From contig CAWDRG010000017.1 of the NCBI GenBank assembly GCA_963804645.1, forward strand, positions 576,001 through 640,000: DNA of 64,000 nucleotides. The letters are read 5' to 3'. Shown in pieces: positions 40,556 through 50,740 of this stretch (its first letter is position 1; each line of letters opens with the position of its first letter). The notes under the pieces are model-generated. The model ran no database searches. It was not told where the DNA came from and saw nothing but the letters and a program-made list of their open reading frames with translations. Both the position numbers and the translations under genes were made by a program. This DNA comes from an uncultured Bacillota bacterium (GTDB lineage: Bacteria > Sysuimicrobiota > Sysuimicrobiia > Sysuimicrobiales > Segetimicrobiaceae).

Positions 40556-42079
40556 ATGGCTGAACCGATCGTCGGGAAGTTGTGGCGCCGCGTGCTCTGC
40601 GGAGCGATCGTGTGCCTCCTCGCCGTGGTACCCGCGGTGGCACAAGAGCATCCCGTCGCGGCCGCGGTCCCGGCCGGTCCGGTCGTCACGGACCACTCGA
40701 TCAGCATCGGGGGCACGATCCTCGACTACGACGCCGCGGTCGGCCTGGAGCCGGTGACCGACGACGCGGGCAAGATCCTCGCGACCATGTTCTACGTCGC
40801 GTACACGAAGCGGGGCGTTCAGGACGCGTCGACGCGGCCGATCACCTTCGTCTTCAACGGAGGCCCCGGCGCGGCGTCGGTCATCCTGCACCTCGACGCG
40901 GTCGGGCCGAAGCGCGTCCAGGTGACCGCCGATGACGTGCCCGCGGCGTCCCCGTCCGCCTGGATCGACAACCAGTTCACGTGGCTCACGTTCACGGACC
41001 TCGTGGTGGTGGACGCGATCGGGACCGGGTACAGCCGTCCCGCGCCAGGTGTGGCGGCGGCCCAGTTTTACGACGCAGACGGGGATGCTCTGTCCTTTGC
41101 GCGGTTCATTCGCACGTACCTCGTGGCGAATCACCGGGAGCGCTCGCCCAAGTTCCTCGCCGGAGAAAGTTACGGGGGCACCCGGGCCGCGGTGTTGGCC
41201 CACCTGCTGCCGCATCAGTTCGGGGTGATGCTGAACGGGCTGATTCTGATCTCGCCCGTCCTCGATTTCGGGACGCTGAACAGCGAGTACGGCAACCCCG
41301 ACCGCAGCTCGGACCTCGCGTTCGCGGTGGACGTCCCGTCCTACGCCGCGACCGCCGCGTACCACAAGAAGCTGCGGCCGGACCTCGAGGCTGATCTGCC
41401 GCGCCTGCTGCGCGATGTGGAACAGTGGTCGACCAGCGAGTATCTCCCGGCCCTCGTCCGTGGAGACACCCTGTCCGAGGACACGCAGGCGCGCGTGGCG
41501 GCCACGCTGTCCCAATACACCGGGATCGCTGAAGCGTTCATCCGCGCGCACCACCTGCGCCTGCTGCCCCGCGATTTTCGGCGAGAACTGCTGGGCGATC
41601 AGCACCTCGAGCTCGGAATCATGGATGGCCGGATCGCCGCCGATCCGCGGAGCGTCGCGGGCACGGACGCGGCGCTCGCGCCGCTCGGGCTGATCTTCCG
41701 CGACTACGCGCAGCGCGAACTGGCGTACCGAACGGACGAACCCTACGTCACGCTGTCGGGAACCGTCGAACGTCAGTGGAACTGGCAGTCGAGCGGGCTC
41801 GGCGGCGCGCTCAACGTGACCGACGACCTACGCCAGGCGATGCAGCAGAATCCCGCGCTGAAGGTCCTCGTCGCGCGTGGCTACTACGATCTGGACGTGC
41901 CGTACTACGGGACGGAGTACGCGCTGAACCAGCTGCGCCTGGGCCCCGCGCTCTCGGCCAACCTCACCCGCACGTACTACGAGACGGGACACATGGTGTA
42001 CACGTCCGAGCCGATGCTCGTGAAGCTCTCCGCCGACGCGGCGGCGCTCGTCGCCGCGGGTTCGGGACCCGCGCGCTAG
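40556..42079 (+). CDS. S10 family serine carboxypeptidase, secreted
   Basis: Signal peptide, FNGGPG, GTGYS, GESYGG, GYYDL, GHMVY. Confidence 0.9.
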   Translation: MAEPIVGKLWRRVLCGAIVCLLAVVPAVAQEHPVAAAVPAGPVVTDHSISIGGTILDYDAAVGLEPVTDDAGKILATMFYVAYTKRGVQDASTRPITFVFNGGPGAASVILHLDAVGPKRVQVTADDVPAASPSAWIDNQFTWLTFTDLVVVDAIGTGYSRPAPGVAAAQFYDADGDALSFARFIRTYLVANHRERSPKFLAGESYGGTRAAVLAHLLPHQFGVMLNGLILISPVLDFGTLNSEYGNPDRSSDLAFAVDVPSYAATAAYHKKLRPDLEADLPRLLRDVEQWSTSEYLPALVRGDTLSEDTQARVAATLSQYTGIAEAFIRAHHLRLLPRDFRRELLGDQHLELGIMDGRIAADPRSVAGTDAALAPLGLIFRDYAQRELAYRTDEPYVTLSGTVERQWNWQSSGLGGALNVTDDLRQAMQQNPALKVLVARGYYDLDVPYYGTEYALNQLRLGPALSANLTRTYYETGHMVYTSEPMLVKLSADAAALVAAGSGPAR

Positions 42080-42218
42080 GCGCCTCCGCAGTCGCACCCC
42101 GCCGCGAATCCGCGTTCCCACGCCCGGCAGGGCGGCACGCCCGCGCTTGTAGTACACTGTGCACGGCGCATGTCTCGACCACGATCCCGCCCATGCCACA
42201 CGACACGGAGCCGACCCG

Positions 42219-43097
42219 GTGAACACCGCGTTACCTGATGACTCCCGAGCGATGCTTCCGGTCGCCGCGCTCGCGGCGATCGCGCGCGCCCTGGAAGAAG
42301 ACATCGGGACGGGCGACCACACCACCAACAGCATCGTCCCCGACGACGCCGTCATGCAGGGACAGTTCATCGCCAAGCAGCAGGGAACGGTGGCCGGGCT
42401 GGACGTCGCCCGGGCCGCGTTTCGACTGTTCGACGAGCGCGTAACTCTCGTGACGCGCGTGGACGAGGGCGCGCGCGTGTCTGAGCGAGAGGTGCTCGCG
42501 ACCGTCTCGGGCCCCGCCCGCGCGTTCTTGACCGTGGAGCGCACGGCCCTGAACTTCCTGGGGCGTATGTCCGGGATCGCGACGCTGACGCGCGCATTTG
42601 TCGACGCCGTCGCCGGGACCCGGGCGGTCATCCTCGACACCCGCAAGACCGCCCCTGGCCTGCGGATCTTCGACAAGCTGGCGGTGCGGCGCGGCGGCGG
42701 GCGGAACCACCGGATGGGACTCTACGACGCGATGCTGATCAAGGACAATCACATCGACGAGGCGGGATCGCTGGCCGAGGCGGTGCGCCGCGCCCGCGCG
42801 GCGGGGACCGGGCTCCGGATCGAGGTGGAGGCCCGGACGCTCGACGACGTCCGCGCCGCGCTCGCCCTCGAGGTGACGCACATCCTTCTCGACAACATGT
42901 CGGTCGAGACGATGCGCGACGCAGTGCGCCGCGCTGGCGGCCGCGCCGCGCTGGAGGCCTCCGGCAACGTCACGCTGGAGCGCGTCCGGGCAATCGCCGA
43001 GACCGGCGTCGACTACATCTCCGTGGGCGCACTGACGCACTCGGCGGACGTGTTCGACGTCAGCCTCAAGCGGACCGGACGCGGGGCCGCGGGATAG
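42219..43097 (+). CDS. nadC: Nicotinate-nucleotide diphosphorylase (quinolinate phosphoribosyltransferase)
   Basis: ERTALN, DTRKT, HRMGLYD, IKDNH, LLDN, EASGN, SVGALTHS. Confidence 0.95.
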   Translation: MNTALPDDSRAMLPVAALAAIARALEEDIGTGDHTTNSIVPDDAVMQGQFIAKQQGTVAGLDVARAAFRLFDERVTLVTRVDEGARVSEREVLATVSGPARAFLTVERTALNFLGRMSGIATLTRAFVDAVAGTRAVILDTRKTAPGLRIFDKLAVRRGGGRNHRMGLYDAMLIKDNHIDEAGSLAEAVRRARAAGTGLRIEVEARTLDDVRAALALEVTHILLDNMSVETMRDAVRRAGGRAALEASGNVTLERVRAIAETGVDYISVGALTHSADVFDVSLKRTGRGAAG

Positions 43098-43104
43098 CCC
43101 GGCG

Positions 43105-43611
43105 TCAGGGCGGGTAGACGGCCTCCGGCGGCACCCGCTCCTTGGGGCGCTCGATCAGCTCCAACACCGTCGCGAACGGAGACTCCGTTTCGAAGTACGC
43201 GAACCCGCCGTCGCCCTGCTTGCCGTGGCCGCCTCCGCTCTGGATGAGCGCATAGCCCTGACGCTCCATCGCGCGCACGCCCTCGGCGAGATCGGGCACC
43301 ACCACCCCGAGGTGGTGGATGCCTTCCCCGTGGCGCTCGAGGAACTCCTCGTAAATATTGGGACCTTCGAGCGGCTGAATCAGCTCGAGCTGGAGGTCGC
43401 CGCACTGCGCAAACGCCAGCCGCATGCGGTACGCCTGCGGCCGCCCGCGGTAGGTCATGTACTTGAGCAGCGGCGTCCCGTACGTGTACAGGTGCCAGCT
43501 GCCGATGCCCAGCCGATCCGCGTAGGCGCGGACCGCCGCCTCCAGGTCGCGGACGACGTAGCCGATCTGGTTGAACCGCACGGGACCGTGAGGCAGCTTC
43601 AGTTCGCTCAT
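43105..43611 (-). CDS. VOC family protein (methylmalonyl-CoA epimerase-like)
   Basis: QIGYVVRDLE, LELIQP, FLERHGEGIHHLG, LELIE. Confidence 0.88.
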   Translation of the reverse strand: MSELKLPHGPVRFNQIGYVVRDLEAAVRAYADRLGIGSWHLYTYGTPLLKYMTYRGRPQAYRMRLAFAQCGDLQLELIQPLEGPNIYEEFLERHGEGIHHLGVVVPDLAEGVRAMERQGYALIQSGGGHGKQGDGGFAYFETESPFATVLELIERPKERVPPEAVYPP

Positions 43612-43646
43612 CGAGACACGCTCCTCCGCGGGCAGGGCGCGCCCGG

Positions 43647-44399
43647 CTAACTCATGTAGAGACCGCCGTTCACGTGCACCGTCTCGCCGACGATGAAGCT
43701 CGCCGCGTCGGTCGCGAGAAACGCCACCACCTCGCCGATCTCCTCGGGCCGCCCGATGCGCCCGAGGGGCACGGCCTGGCGCTGCCGCTCTAGGAGCTCC
43801 GGGCTGGTCAGGGTCCGCTGGAACTCCGTGTCGATCGTGCCCGGCGACACCGCCAGCACGCGCACTCCCCGAGGGGCCAGCGCATGCGCCAGCCCGTGGG
43901 TGAGCGTGGCGAGCGCCCCTTTCGCCGACGAATACGCGAAGACGTTGTCCGAGCCCCCGAGCACCGAGGCGGTGGACAGAATGTTGATCACGACGCCCCT
44001 TCCCCGCTCGCTCATCGAGGGCGTCAGCCGCTGGCAGAGGTAGAGCGGCGCCCGGTAGTTCAGGTTGAACACGAGGTCGATGAACGCGGGCTCGAGCTCC
44101 CGCCAATGGACCCGTCGGATCGGCGTGCCGGCGCTGTTCACGAGAATGTCGATCGGCGCAAACGCACGCGCCTCGTCGGCGAGCCGATAGACATCGTCGG
44201 CGACGGTGAGGTCTCCCTGGAACACCCGCGCGGCAACGCCGAGACCCTGTACCTCCGCGGCGACGGCCTGCGCGCGCGCCAGATTGCGATGGTAGTGGAC
44301 CGCGACACCAGCGCCGCGGCGCGCGAGCGACCGCACGATCGCGGCCCCGATGTCGCTCGTCGCGCCGGTCACCAGCGCGGTGCGTCCGGCCAGTTCCAC
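43647..44399 (-). CDS. SDR family oxidoreductase
   Basis: LVTGATSDIG, LVNSAG, YSSAK, VSPG. Confidence 0.92.
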   Translation of the reverse strand: MELAGRTALVTGATSDIGAAIVRSLARRGAGVAVHYHRNLARAQAVAAEVQGLGVAARVFQGDLTVADDVYRLADEARAFAPIDILVNSAGTPIRRVHWRELEPAFIDLVFNLNYRAPLYLCQRLTPSMSERGRGVVINILSTASVLGGSDNVFAYSSAKGALATLTHGLAHALAPRGVRVLAVSPGTIDTEFQRTLTSPELLERQRQAVPLGRIGRPEEIGEVVAFLATDAASFIVGETVHVNGGLYMS

Positions 44400-44411
44400 G
44401 ACGGGCTCCGA

Positions 44412-45419
44412 CTATCCCGCGTCGCGCGGGTCTTGGTTCATGTGCAGCTCTTGCATGACCTCGCGCTCAAACTTCGCGAACAGCGTCTTCTTGAACGCCT
44501 CGTCCATCGCGGTGAAGTGCTTGTAGCCGCCGGCCTGCTCCGCGCCCCACTCGTCCGCAAACTTCCCGGACCGGATGTAGGCGAGCACATCCTCCATCGT
44601 CTTCCGCAGCTCGGGCGCCTCGAAGCGCGGAAGTCGGCTCTTCGACCCGTACCGGCTCGTCGGCGAATGCAGCCCCGTCTGCCCGACCCAGCCGTACTTC
44701 GCCGCCTCGTGGAGGACGTCGCCGATCTCGCCCGACAGGTACAGCTCGAGGACCGCGGCGACCTTCGGATACCCCGCCTGGACCGCGACTTCGACGGCGG
44801 TCGTGAGCACAACCGACAGGGCCGGCACGAGGGCCTGCTCGGTGAACAGATCCAGCTCCGTCTCGTCCTTGAAGCTCACGTGCAACGCATAGGACTTAAG
44901 CGATCCGATGCCCTTCGCCAGCGCGAGCGTCGTCGGCCACGCCTGCCCGTCGACATCCTGGTGCACGTCAACGAAACTGAGGAACCCCTCGCCGCGCTGG
45001 TAGTGCTGCCGGACCGCGATCCCGACGGTCCGGGGGGCCACCATGATGACGTTGATGTCGGGCGGGAATTCGATCTGCCGGAAGCACACGCAGTACCCGG
45101 AGGCGAACACGAGCGTCTTCCCCTTCGAGAGCCCGGGGCGGACCGCCTCGCGGTAGATCGCCGGGGTCACCTCGTCCGGCAGCAGCGACATCACGATATC
45201 ACCGCGCGCGGCCGCCTCCGCAATCGAGTACAGGGGGATGCCGTCCTGCTTGGCATGCGCCGCGTACTCGTCGGCCGCGTTGCCGACGATGACGGACATG
45301 CCGCTGTCGCGAAGATTCAGCGCCTGAGCCCGACCCTGATTCCCGTAGCCGAGGACGGCGATGCGCTTGTCGCGGAGGGGCTCGAGGGTGGCGTCATCGT
45401 CATGAAACACACGCGTCAT
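44412..45419 (-). CDS. ilvC: Ketol-acid reductoisomerase
   Basis: GYGNQGRAQALNLRDSG, LLPDE, MVAP, ETELDLFTEQ, SPTSRYG. Confidence 0.88.
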   Translation of the reverse strand: MTRVFHDDDATLEPLRDKRIAVLGYGNQGRAQALNLRDSGMSVIVGNAADEYAAHAKQDGIPLYSIAEAAARGDIVMSLLPDEVTPAIYREAVRPGLSKGKTLVFASGYCVCFRQIEFPPDINVIMVAPRTVGIAVRQHYQRGEGFLSFVDVHQDVDGQAWPTTLALAKGIGSLKSYALHVSFKDETELDLFTEQALVPALSVVLTTAVEVAVQAGYPKVAAVLELYLSGEIGDVLHEAAKYGWVGQTGLHSPTSRYGSKSRLPRFEAPELRKTMEDVLAYIRSGKFADEWGAEQAGGYKHFTAMDEAFKKTLFAKFEREVMQELHMNQDPRDAG

Positions 45420-45753
45420 GATCACGACCTCTCTGGGCTGTGCCCGGCGTTTGCAATGCAATCGAGCGCACGTTACAACGGCTTACCCCTTCAACAGGAC
45501 GCGCGCTATCCCTGTGCGGCCGTCCGTGGGGGAGGGAGTCGTTGTACGGATAGCGGTCCACCGCGGCGTGCTAAAGTCGTCACATGCCGACGCTGGTAAT
45601 TATCGAAGCGAGATGCAGAGCGGGGATGGTTCAAGTTGGGCGAACTGAGGTCAACTTGGTGACGAAAGCCTACGTGGCGTCCACTGATGGTGAAATAAGT
45701 TTGCCACTCTAGTGATTGTTGTAGGATGCCAAGATATCGTTCAGTTCGCCACT

Positions 45754-45965
45754 TTATCGTTCAGCGAACGGCATGTGAACCTGCAGCAAACGCGTGTACG
45801 GCAGGTTCCAGGGGCAATCCTCGGTCCATCCGGGGCTAATCACGTTGACTGTGATGGTACGCTTGGCCAGCTCGACGGACCAATGATTCCATTGCAGGCT
45901 TTGCGGACCCATCCCCGACCCAGGGCTGCAGGTTCCGGTCCAACTCCCGATCCCGCAAGGTAACC
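45754..45965 (-). pseudogene. Degenerate C-terminal fragment of an SDR oxidoreductase
   Basis: Multi-frame pieces LQPWVG, GSAKPAMESLVR, VELAKRTITVNVISPGWTED. Confidence 0.5.
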
Positions 45966-46084
45966 GCGAGGATCCGGCCGCCATTAGTAAGTCTTCCTGC
46001 TGTTTACATTAGGACGGTACGCGGCCGCGGATGCACCCCCGCCGGCTCGCAACCCGCCGGTGGGAGTCCCGCGTGCCGTGTCCA

Positions 46085-47035
46085 TCAGAAGATCGACGTC
46101 CCCTCCGACCCCGCGAGCGCGAGGTACGCGCGCGGATCGCAAAACAGACGGGCGCGCGAGCAGCAGAAGATCTCCATCCCGCTGAGGTGGAACCCCGCGC
46201 CGAGCAGCGGCTCGAGCGCCGCATGCGGGGCGGGGAGCGAGACGCGGTATGTCCACGCGCGCGGCCCGGCCGCCCGATCGGCCGCGGCCGCCGCGTCGGC
46301 AGCCCATCGCAGGGCGGCCCCCACACACGCGACCGCATCCGTCCGGGAGGCGGCGCCAAGGGGGCCGAGGCGCACTTCCGGCCCGGCCTCGGCACGCGCC
46401 CGAATCCACGCGTACCCGTACCCCACGCGCGCGCCGCCCCGCGCGTACCAGAGGGGCACCGCGCCGATTTCCCGCAAGAACGCGTGATCCTCCGGACGCG
46501 GGCGGCCGCCGACGCGGGCGTCCCACTCGAGGAACGCGGGGTCGCCGGCCTCCGCGGTCGCGACCGCGAGATCCGCGCCGGGCAGCGCCGCGAGGTCGGG
46601 GGCGTCCGCAGCGAGGAGCAGGTGCGGCCACCGCGGCCGCATCCCGGCGCGGGCGTAGAGCGCGACGGCCCGCGGATCGAGTGAGCTCATCGTGTACCGC
46701 GTGGCTGCGGGGTAGGCGAGTACCTGGTCCAGCAGCGCGCCGCCGAGGCCGTGCGACTGCCGGGCGGGGACGATGTGCAGGTCGGCCAGGAAGAGGACGC
46801 CGCCGCGCACGAACGAGGCCGCGTACCCGACGAGCCCGTCCCCGTCCTCGGCCACCCACAGGTGTCCCGTCGTGAGTTCGTGCCGGAACAACGGAAGCAC
46901 CACGTCCGGGGGCGGGCCGGCGCCGGGGCGGCCCGGGTGCGTCGCCTCGAACCAGACCTCGTACACCGCGTCGAGATCGGAGCCCCGCGCGGGCCGGATC
47001 TTTCCCGGCACCGACCCAGCGCTCGCCGGCGTCAA
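46085..47035 (-). CDS. GNAT family N-acetyltransferase
   Basis: IRPARGSD, LADLHIVPARQSHGLGGALL, ALYARAG. Confidence 0.8.
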   Translation of the reverse strand: MTPASAGSVPGKIRPARGSDLDAVYEVWFEATHPGRPGAGPPPDVVLPLFRHELTTGHLWVAEDGDGLVGYAASFVRGGVLFLADLHIVPARQSHGLGGALLDQVLAYPAATRYTMSSLDPRAVALYARAGMRPRWPHLLLAADAPDLAALPGADLAVATAEAGDPAFLEWDARVGGRPRPEDHAFLREIGAVPLWYARGGARVGYGYAWIRARAEAGPEVRLGPLGAASRTDAVACVGAALRWAADAAAAADRAAGPRAWTYRVSLPAPHAALEPLLGAGFHLSGMEIFCCSRARLFCDPRAYLALAGSEGTSIF

Positions 47036-47344
47036 CGCGCGCCGTCCGGCGGCGGCTCCTCCGTCACATCGCCCACCGTCCCGCCGGTCGCGCGCGCGAG
47101 GTCACCGGGCGCGACGGCGAACACCTGGCATAATTCGCACCTCATCGTAAACGTGTCACAGAAGATCATAAGTAGTCACTGTCCAACGACCACGCTTACT
47201 CACGCGGCGCGTGAGTGGCCACGGCTTTGTTGACGAGGATGCCTGGCCTGCCGTTTGCCAGATGGTCTCTTCGCAGCCCGCTTCTTCGGCCGACGAGCCA
47301 TTCGCGAGCCCCACGACGGAACGTCAGCCTGGCCGCGATCATGG

Positions 47345-47384
47345 TTCGGCGGGTCGGGGATGTGGACCTTCGGGCCCAGAGGGG
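47345..47384 (+). repeat. Dispersed direct repeat, copy 1
   Basis: TTCGGCGGGTCGGGGATGTGGACCTTCGGGCCCAGAGGGG. Confidence 0.75.
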
Positions 47385-47406
47385 CATGATCGGGCTTCCG
47401 TGCGCA

Positions 47407-48255
47407 TCATCCCGGATGGCGCTCTTGGAGGATGTCTTCCATCCGCTTTTGGATGGCGGGATTGTAGATGTCCCTCTGAGTGAGGATGTAGAATTTGTCA
47501 CTTCTGATCGCGGTGAATGTTTCCTCTGCGACTTGTTCAGGGGAGATGCCGCTTTCCACAGCTTGCCGAAGGTCCTGCAGCGCGATCTGGGTGTCCGAAC
47601 TCGTTGATGCGCCGATGGTTAGGTTCTTCAGTTCGCGGGGGCGATTACGCTCAGCGTCCCAGATTCTGGTTTGGACATACCCTGGACATAGAACGGACAC
47701 TTTTACGTGGGACCCCCTCGCTGCTAGCTGCGCGTGTAACGTCTCCGACAACGATACCACGCCGTGTTTCGTCAGCTTGTAGATGCCATTGCGCGGCCCG
47801 GAAATCAATCCAGCCACAGAAGCGACATTGACAATTCGGCTTTCAACATTCTGCTCGAGCATCAGCGGCACGAAAACTCGAATCCCATGAATAACTCCCC
47901 AGAGGTTGACGCCAATCACCCACTCCCAGTCAGCGGTTGTGCTTTCCCATATCGGCGTCCCCGGGTTTGTTCCGACGCCCGCGTTGTTGAAAAGCAGGTG
48001 CACGCCACCGAAGGCCTTGAGGGTTTTATGAGCAAGGGCTTCGACGTCCCCCGCCTTGGACACATCAGTGGGAACACTGAATACGATAGCCCCAGCGGCC
48101 CGCAATTCGCCTTCCGCCCGCGCCAAGTTGGTTTCGTTGATACCCGCGAGCACTACCTTCATACCTTCCTGAGCGCATCTATCGGCCAACGCGCGACCAA
48201 TCCCGCCGGCAGCTCCCGTGATGACCGCAACCTTTCCCCGAAACTGCCCCACCAT
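47407..48255 (-). CDS. SDR family oxidoreductase (visibly lower GC)
   Basis: VITGAAGGIG, NNAG, YKLTK, LCPG. Confidence 0.92.
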   Translation of the reverse strand: MVGQFRGKVAVITGAAGGIGRALADRCAQEGMKVVLAGINETNLARAEGELRAAGAIVFSVPTDVSKAGDVEALAHKTLKAFGGVHLLFNNAGVGTNPGTPIWESTTADWEWVIGVNLWGVIHGIRVFVPLMLEQNVESRIVNVASVAGLISGPRNGIYKLTKHGVVSLSETLHAQLAARGSHVKVSVLCPGYVQTRIWDAERNRPRELKNLTIGASTSSDTQIALQDLRQAVESGISPEQVAEETFTAIRSDKFYILTQRDIYNPAIQKRMEDILQERHPG

Positions 48256-48351
48256 TGGGATCCGCCACGATCCGACGTCTTATACACTTCGGTGCCTTCA
48301 CGCAACGCTGTCCAAGTAATGAGTCGCGTGGCCACTTCGTTGCGGTCGAGT

Positions 48352-48391
48352 TTCGGCAGGTCGGGAGTGCGGACCTTCGGGGCCCAGCGGG
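48352..48391 (+). repeat. Dispersed direct repeat, copy 2
   Basis: TTCGGCAGGTCGGGAGTGCGGACCTTCGGGGCCCAGCGGG. Confidence 0.75.
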
Positions 48392-48575
48392 TGAGGCACC
48401 TCTACTCTAAGGCGCTCTGTGATCAAACGTCTTTTCGACGGAAAAACTGCAACCTATCGTTACCAAACCACTGCACGATATCGTGATTGAGGGCTCAAAA
48501 TTCCTTATTTTGTGGGGGATCTTACTGCACGAAATTATGACTTGCTACAAGTGATTCTTACCACTGCTACATCTG

Positions 48576-48704
48576 CTACATCCGTCGGACCGCCCCTCCG
48601 GGATCGAGCGACACCTGGACGATGGTGACCAGGGGCATGGCGACCTCTACCGCAACGACTCCCCCGATGTCGAAGCCCAGTCGAAACCGCGATGCGTTTG
48701 TCAT
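48576..48704 (-). pseudogene. Truncated hydantoinase/oxoprolinase (HyuA-like) N-terminus
   Basis: MTNASRFRLGFDIGG after an AAGGAG RBS-like site; similarity lost right after DIGG. Confidence 0.5.
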
Positions 48705-48774
48705 CCCCAGCGTTCGCTCCTTGATCCGTGGGGCGGCCGCGGGCGCGGTGTCGCCCCGCCCGCTCGGTATCCGG

Positions 48775-50430
48775 CTATACCTGCGCGTCGTAGAGCCAGA
48801 CCGTCGTCGCCAGTCCGTCGAGGTGCTCGCCGCGTAGGGTCGTGCGCTTGGCGTCGTGGGTGATCGTGTCAACGAGCGGGACGACGGCCGCGTCGCGGAG
48901 CAAGCGCTCCTGGATGCTCGCGTAGAGCCGGATCCGGGTCGCGGGCACTGAGGTGGCGACGGCGTCGTCGAGCATCTTGTCGACCTCGGGGACCTGGTAT
49001 TTCGCGCGGTTGAACGCGGTAATGTTCGACGAGTGGAACAGCGTCCGGAGCACGTCGGGGTCGCTTGACGAGAACCACATCAGATTAAAGTGGTAGCGGT
49101 TGGCCCGGATGAGGTCGTAGTACGCCGCGCGCTCGAGCGGCGTCACCTGGACGTCCATGCCGACGGCCTGCAGGCTCGCCTGGACGGACTGCGCGATGGC
49201 CGTGTCCGCCGGGCGGCCGATGATCGGCCAGGCAATCGTGAGCTTCTCGCCGTTCTTCTCGCGGACGCCGCCGCTGCCGATCTTCCAGCCCGCCGCCTCC
49301 AGGGTGGCCCGGGCCTTGTCGGGACTGTAACTGTACATTTTCTCGGTGTTCGCATCGTAGGCGAACGTCGGTCGCATCAAGGGGCTCCACGCAACCTTGT
49401 TGGTCCCGTGGTAGACCGACTGATTCAGCCCGTCGCGGTCGATAGCGTACTCGATCGCCACGCGCACCTGGGGGTCGGCCGTCGGGCCCGTGCTGGTGTT
49501 CAGGAGGATCGTCTCGCCGGAACCGGTCTGCCCCTGGTCGATCACGACGAGTTGGCTGTCGTGCCGGAGCACATCGTACTGCTGCGGGTCCACGTCGTCG
49601 ATGAACTGCGTCTCGCCGCTCTTGAGCGTGCCAGTCCGCACGGCCGGCTCGAGAATGACCTTGTAGATGATCTGGTCGAGGTAGGCCGGTCCAGTATGCT
49701 TGTAATACGAAGATCCCCACCGGTACGCGGGGTTGCGGACCACCGTGATGTGGTCCTGGGCGACCCACTCCTTGAACATGAACGGCCCGGTCCCCACGGG
49801 ATGCTGCGCGAACGCCGCAGGCCCCATCTTCTTGACCGCGTCCGGGGACACGATGCCGAGCACGCCGGTCGCCAGGTTGCCGAGCAGGGGGGCGAACCCC
49901 TGCTTCATGACGATCCGGGCGGTGTAGTCGTCGACGACCTCCGTCTGATCGTACGGCCCTAGCGCGTCGTGCGAGGCCCCGGCCTTGGTCGCCGGATCCA
50001 CCACGCGGTCGAGCGTGAACCGGACCGCCTCCGCCGTGAACGGGGTCCCATCGTGGAAGACGACTCCGCGCTTGAGCTTGAACGTGAAGGCCTTCGCGTC
50101 CGGCGAGACCTGCCACGACTCGGCGAGGCCCGGAACGAACCGCCCCATGACCGGCTGGAGCACGAGCGTCTCGCAGATGTTGGAGACGACGCGGACCACC
50201 GAGATCCAGTTGGTGACCTGCGGGTCCAGCGTCTCGTCGACGTCAAGCGACATCCCGTACGTCAGCGTGCCGCCCCCGGGCGCCGCGGCCCGGGCATAAT
50301 CCGGCGCGCCCCACGCGAGTGCCGCGCCTGCGGCCGAGGCGCCGATCTGCCCGAGCAGCGCGCGCCGCGTGACGGCCCGCGCACGCCTTCCGCCGATGGC
50401 GAAACGGGGTTCATCGGTCCTGCGACTCAT
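48775..50430 (-). CDS. ABC transporter substrate-binding protein, family 5, Tat signal
   Basis: Start MSRRTDEP; VTRRALLG; PGLAESWQVSPD, GTGPFM, VRVAIEYAIDR. Confidence 0.92.
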   Translation of the reverse strand: MSRRTDEPRFAIGGRRARAVTRRALLGQIGASAAGAALAWGAPDYARAAAPGGGTLTYGMSLDVDETLDPQVTNWISVVRVVSNICETLVLQPVMGRFVPGLAESWQVSPDAKAFTFKLKRGVVFHDGTPFTAEAVRFTLDRVVDPATKAGASHDALGPYDQTEVVDDYTARIVMKQGFAPLLGNLATGVLGIVSPDAVKKMGPAAFAQHPVGTGPFMFKEWVAQDHITVVRNPAYRWGSSYYKHTGPAYLDQIIYKVILEPAVRTGTLKSGETQFIDDVDPQQYDVLRHDSQLVVIDQGQTGSGETILLNTSTGPTADPQVRVAIEYAIDRDGLNQSVYHGTNKVAWSPLMRPTFAYDANTEKMYSYSPDKARATLEAAGWKIGSGGVREKNGEKLTIAWPIIGRPADTAIAQSVQASLQAVGMDVQVTPLERAAYYDLIRANRYHFNLMWFSSSDPDVLRTLFHSSNITAFNRAKYQVPEVDKMLDDAVATSVPATRIRLYASIQERLLRDAAVVPLVDTITHDAKRTTLRGEHLDGLATTVWLYDAQV

Positions 50431-50740
50431 GGCCGATCCTCCGACGTGTGCCCTGGTGGTGTGAGGAACATATCCGAGGACGCGCGCCGAGTTCCTGCTG
50501 GCGACGCGCGTTGCCGTGGCGCAGGAGCGTCGGCGGCTCGACGGGCGTCGCGCGCGCAACGCCGGGCGCGTTCTCCCCAGGGATTCGGCGTCACGAAACC
50601 GTAGTTCCGATGAGATCAACGCGCTCGATCTGGAGGGACGCGATCGGCAGCCGTCCACCATACTACGTCGCGTAAGAGGCCGCGTCCCGCGCCATGACCC
50701 GTTCGATCAGGAGCTTGTTGATGGGGAAGGACGTGACTCC

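Noticed and set aside
45550..45570. T-box leader upstream of ilvC
   Set aside because: The minus strand GGTGGACCGC lacks the spacing of GGTGGNACC and no terminator or specifier stem is evident; it is a short palindrome.
45640..45700. Hammerhead ribozyme (CTGAG-GTCA...TGAC-GAAA)
   Set aside because: The CUGANGA core is incomplete and stems I and III were not found.
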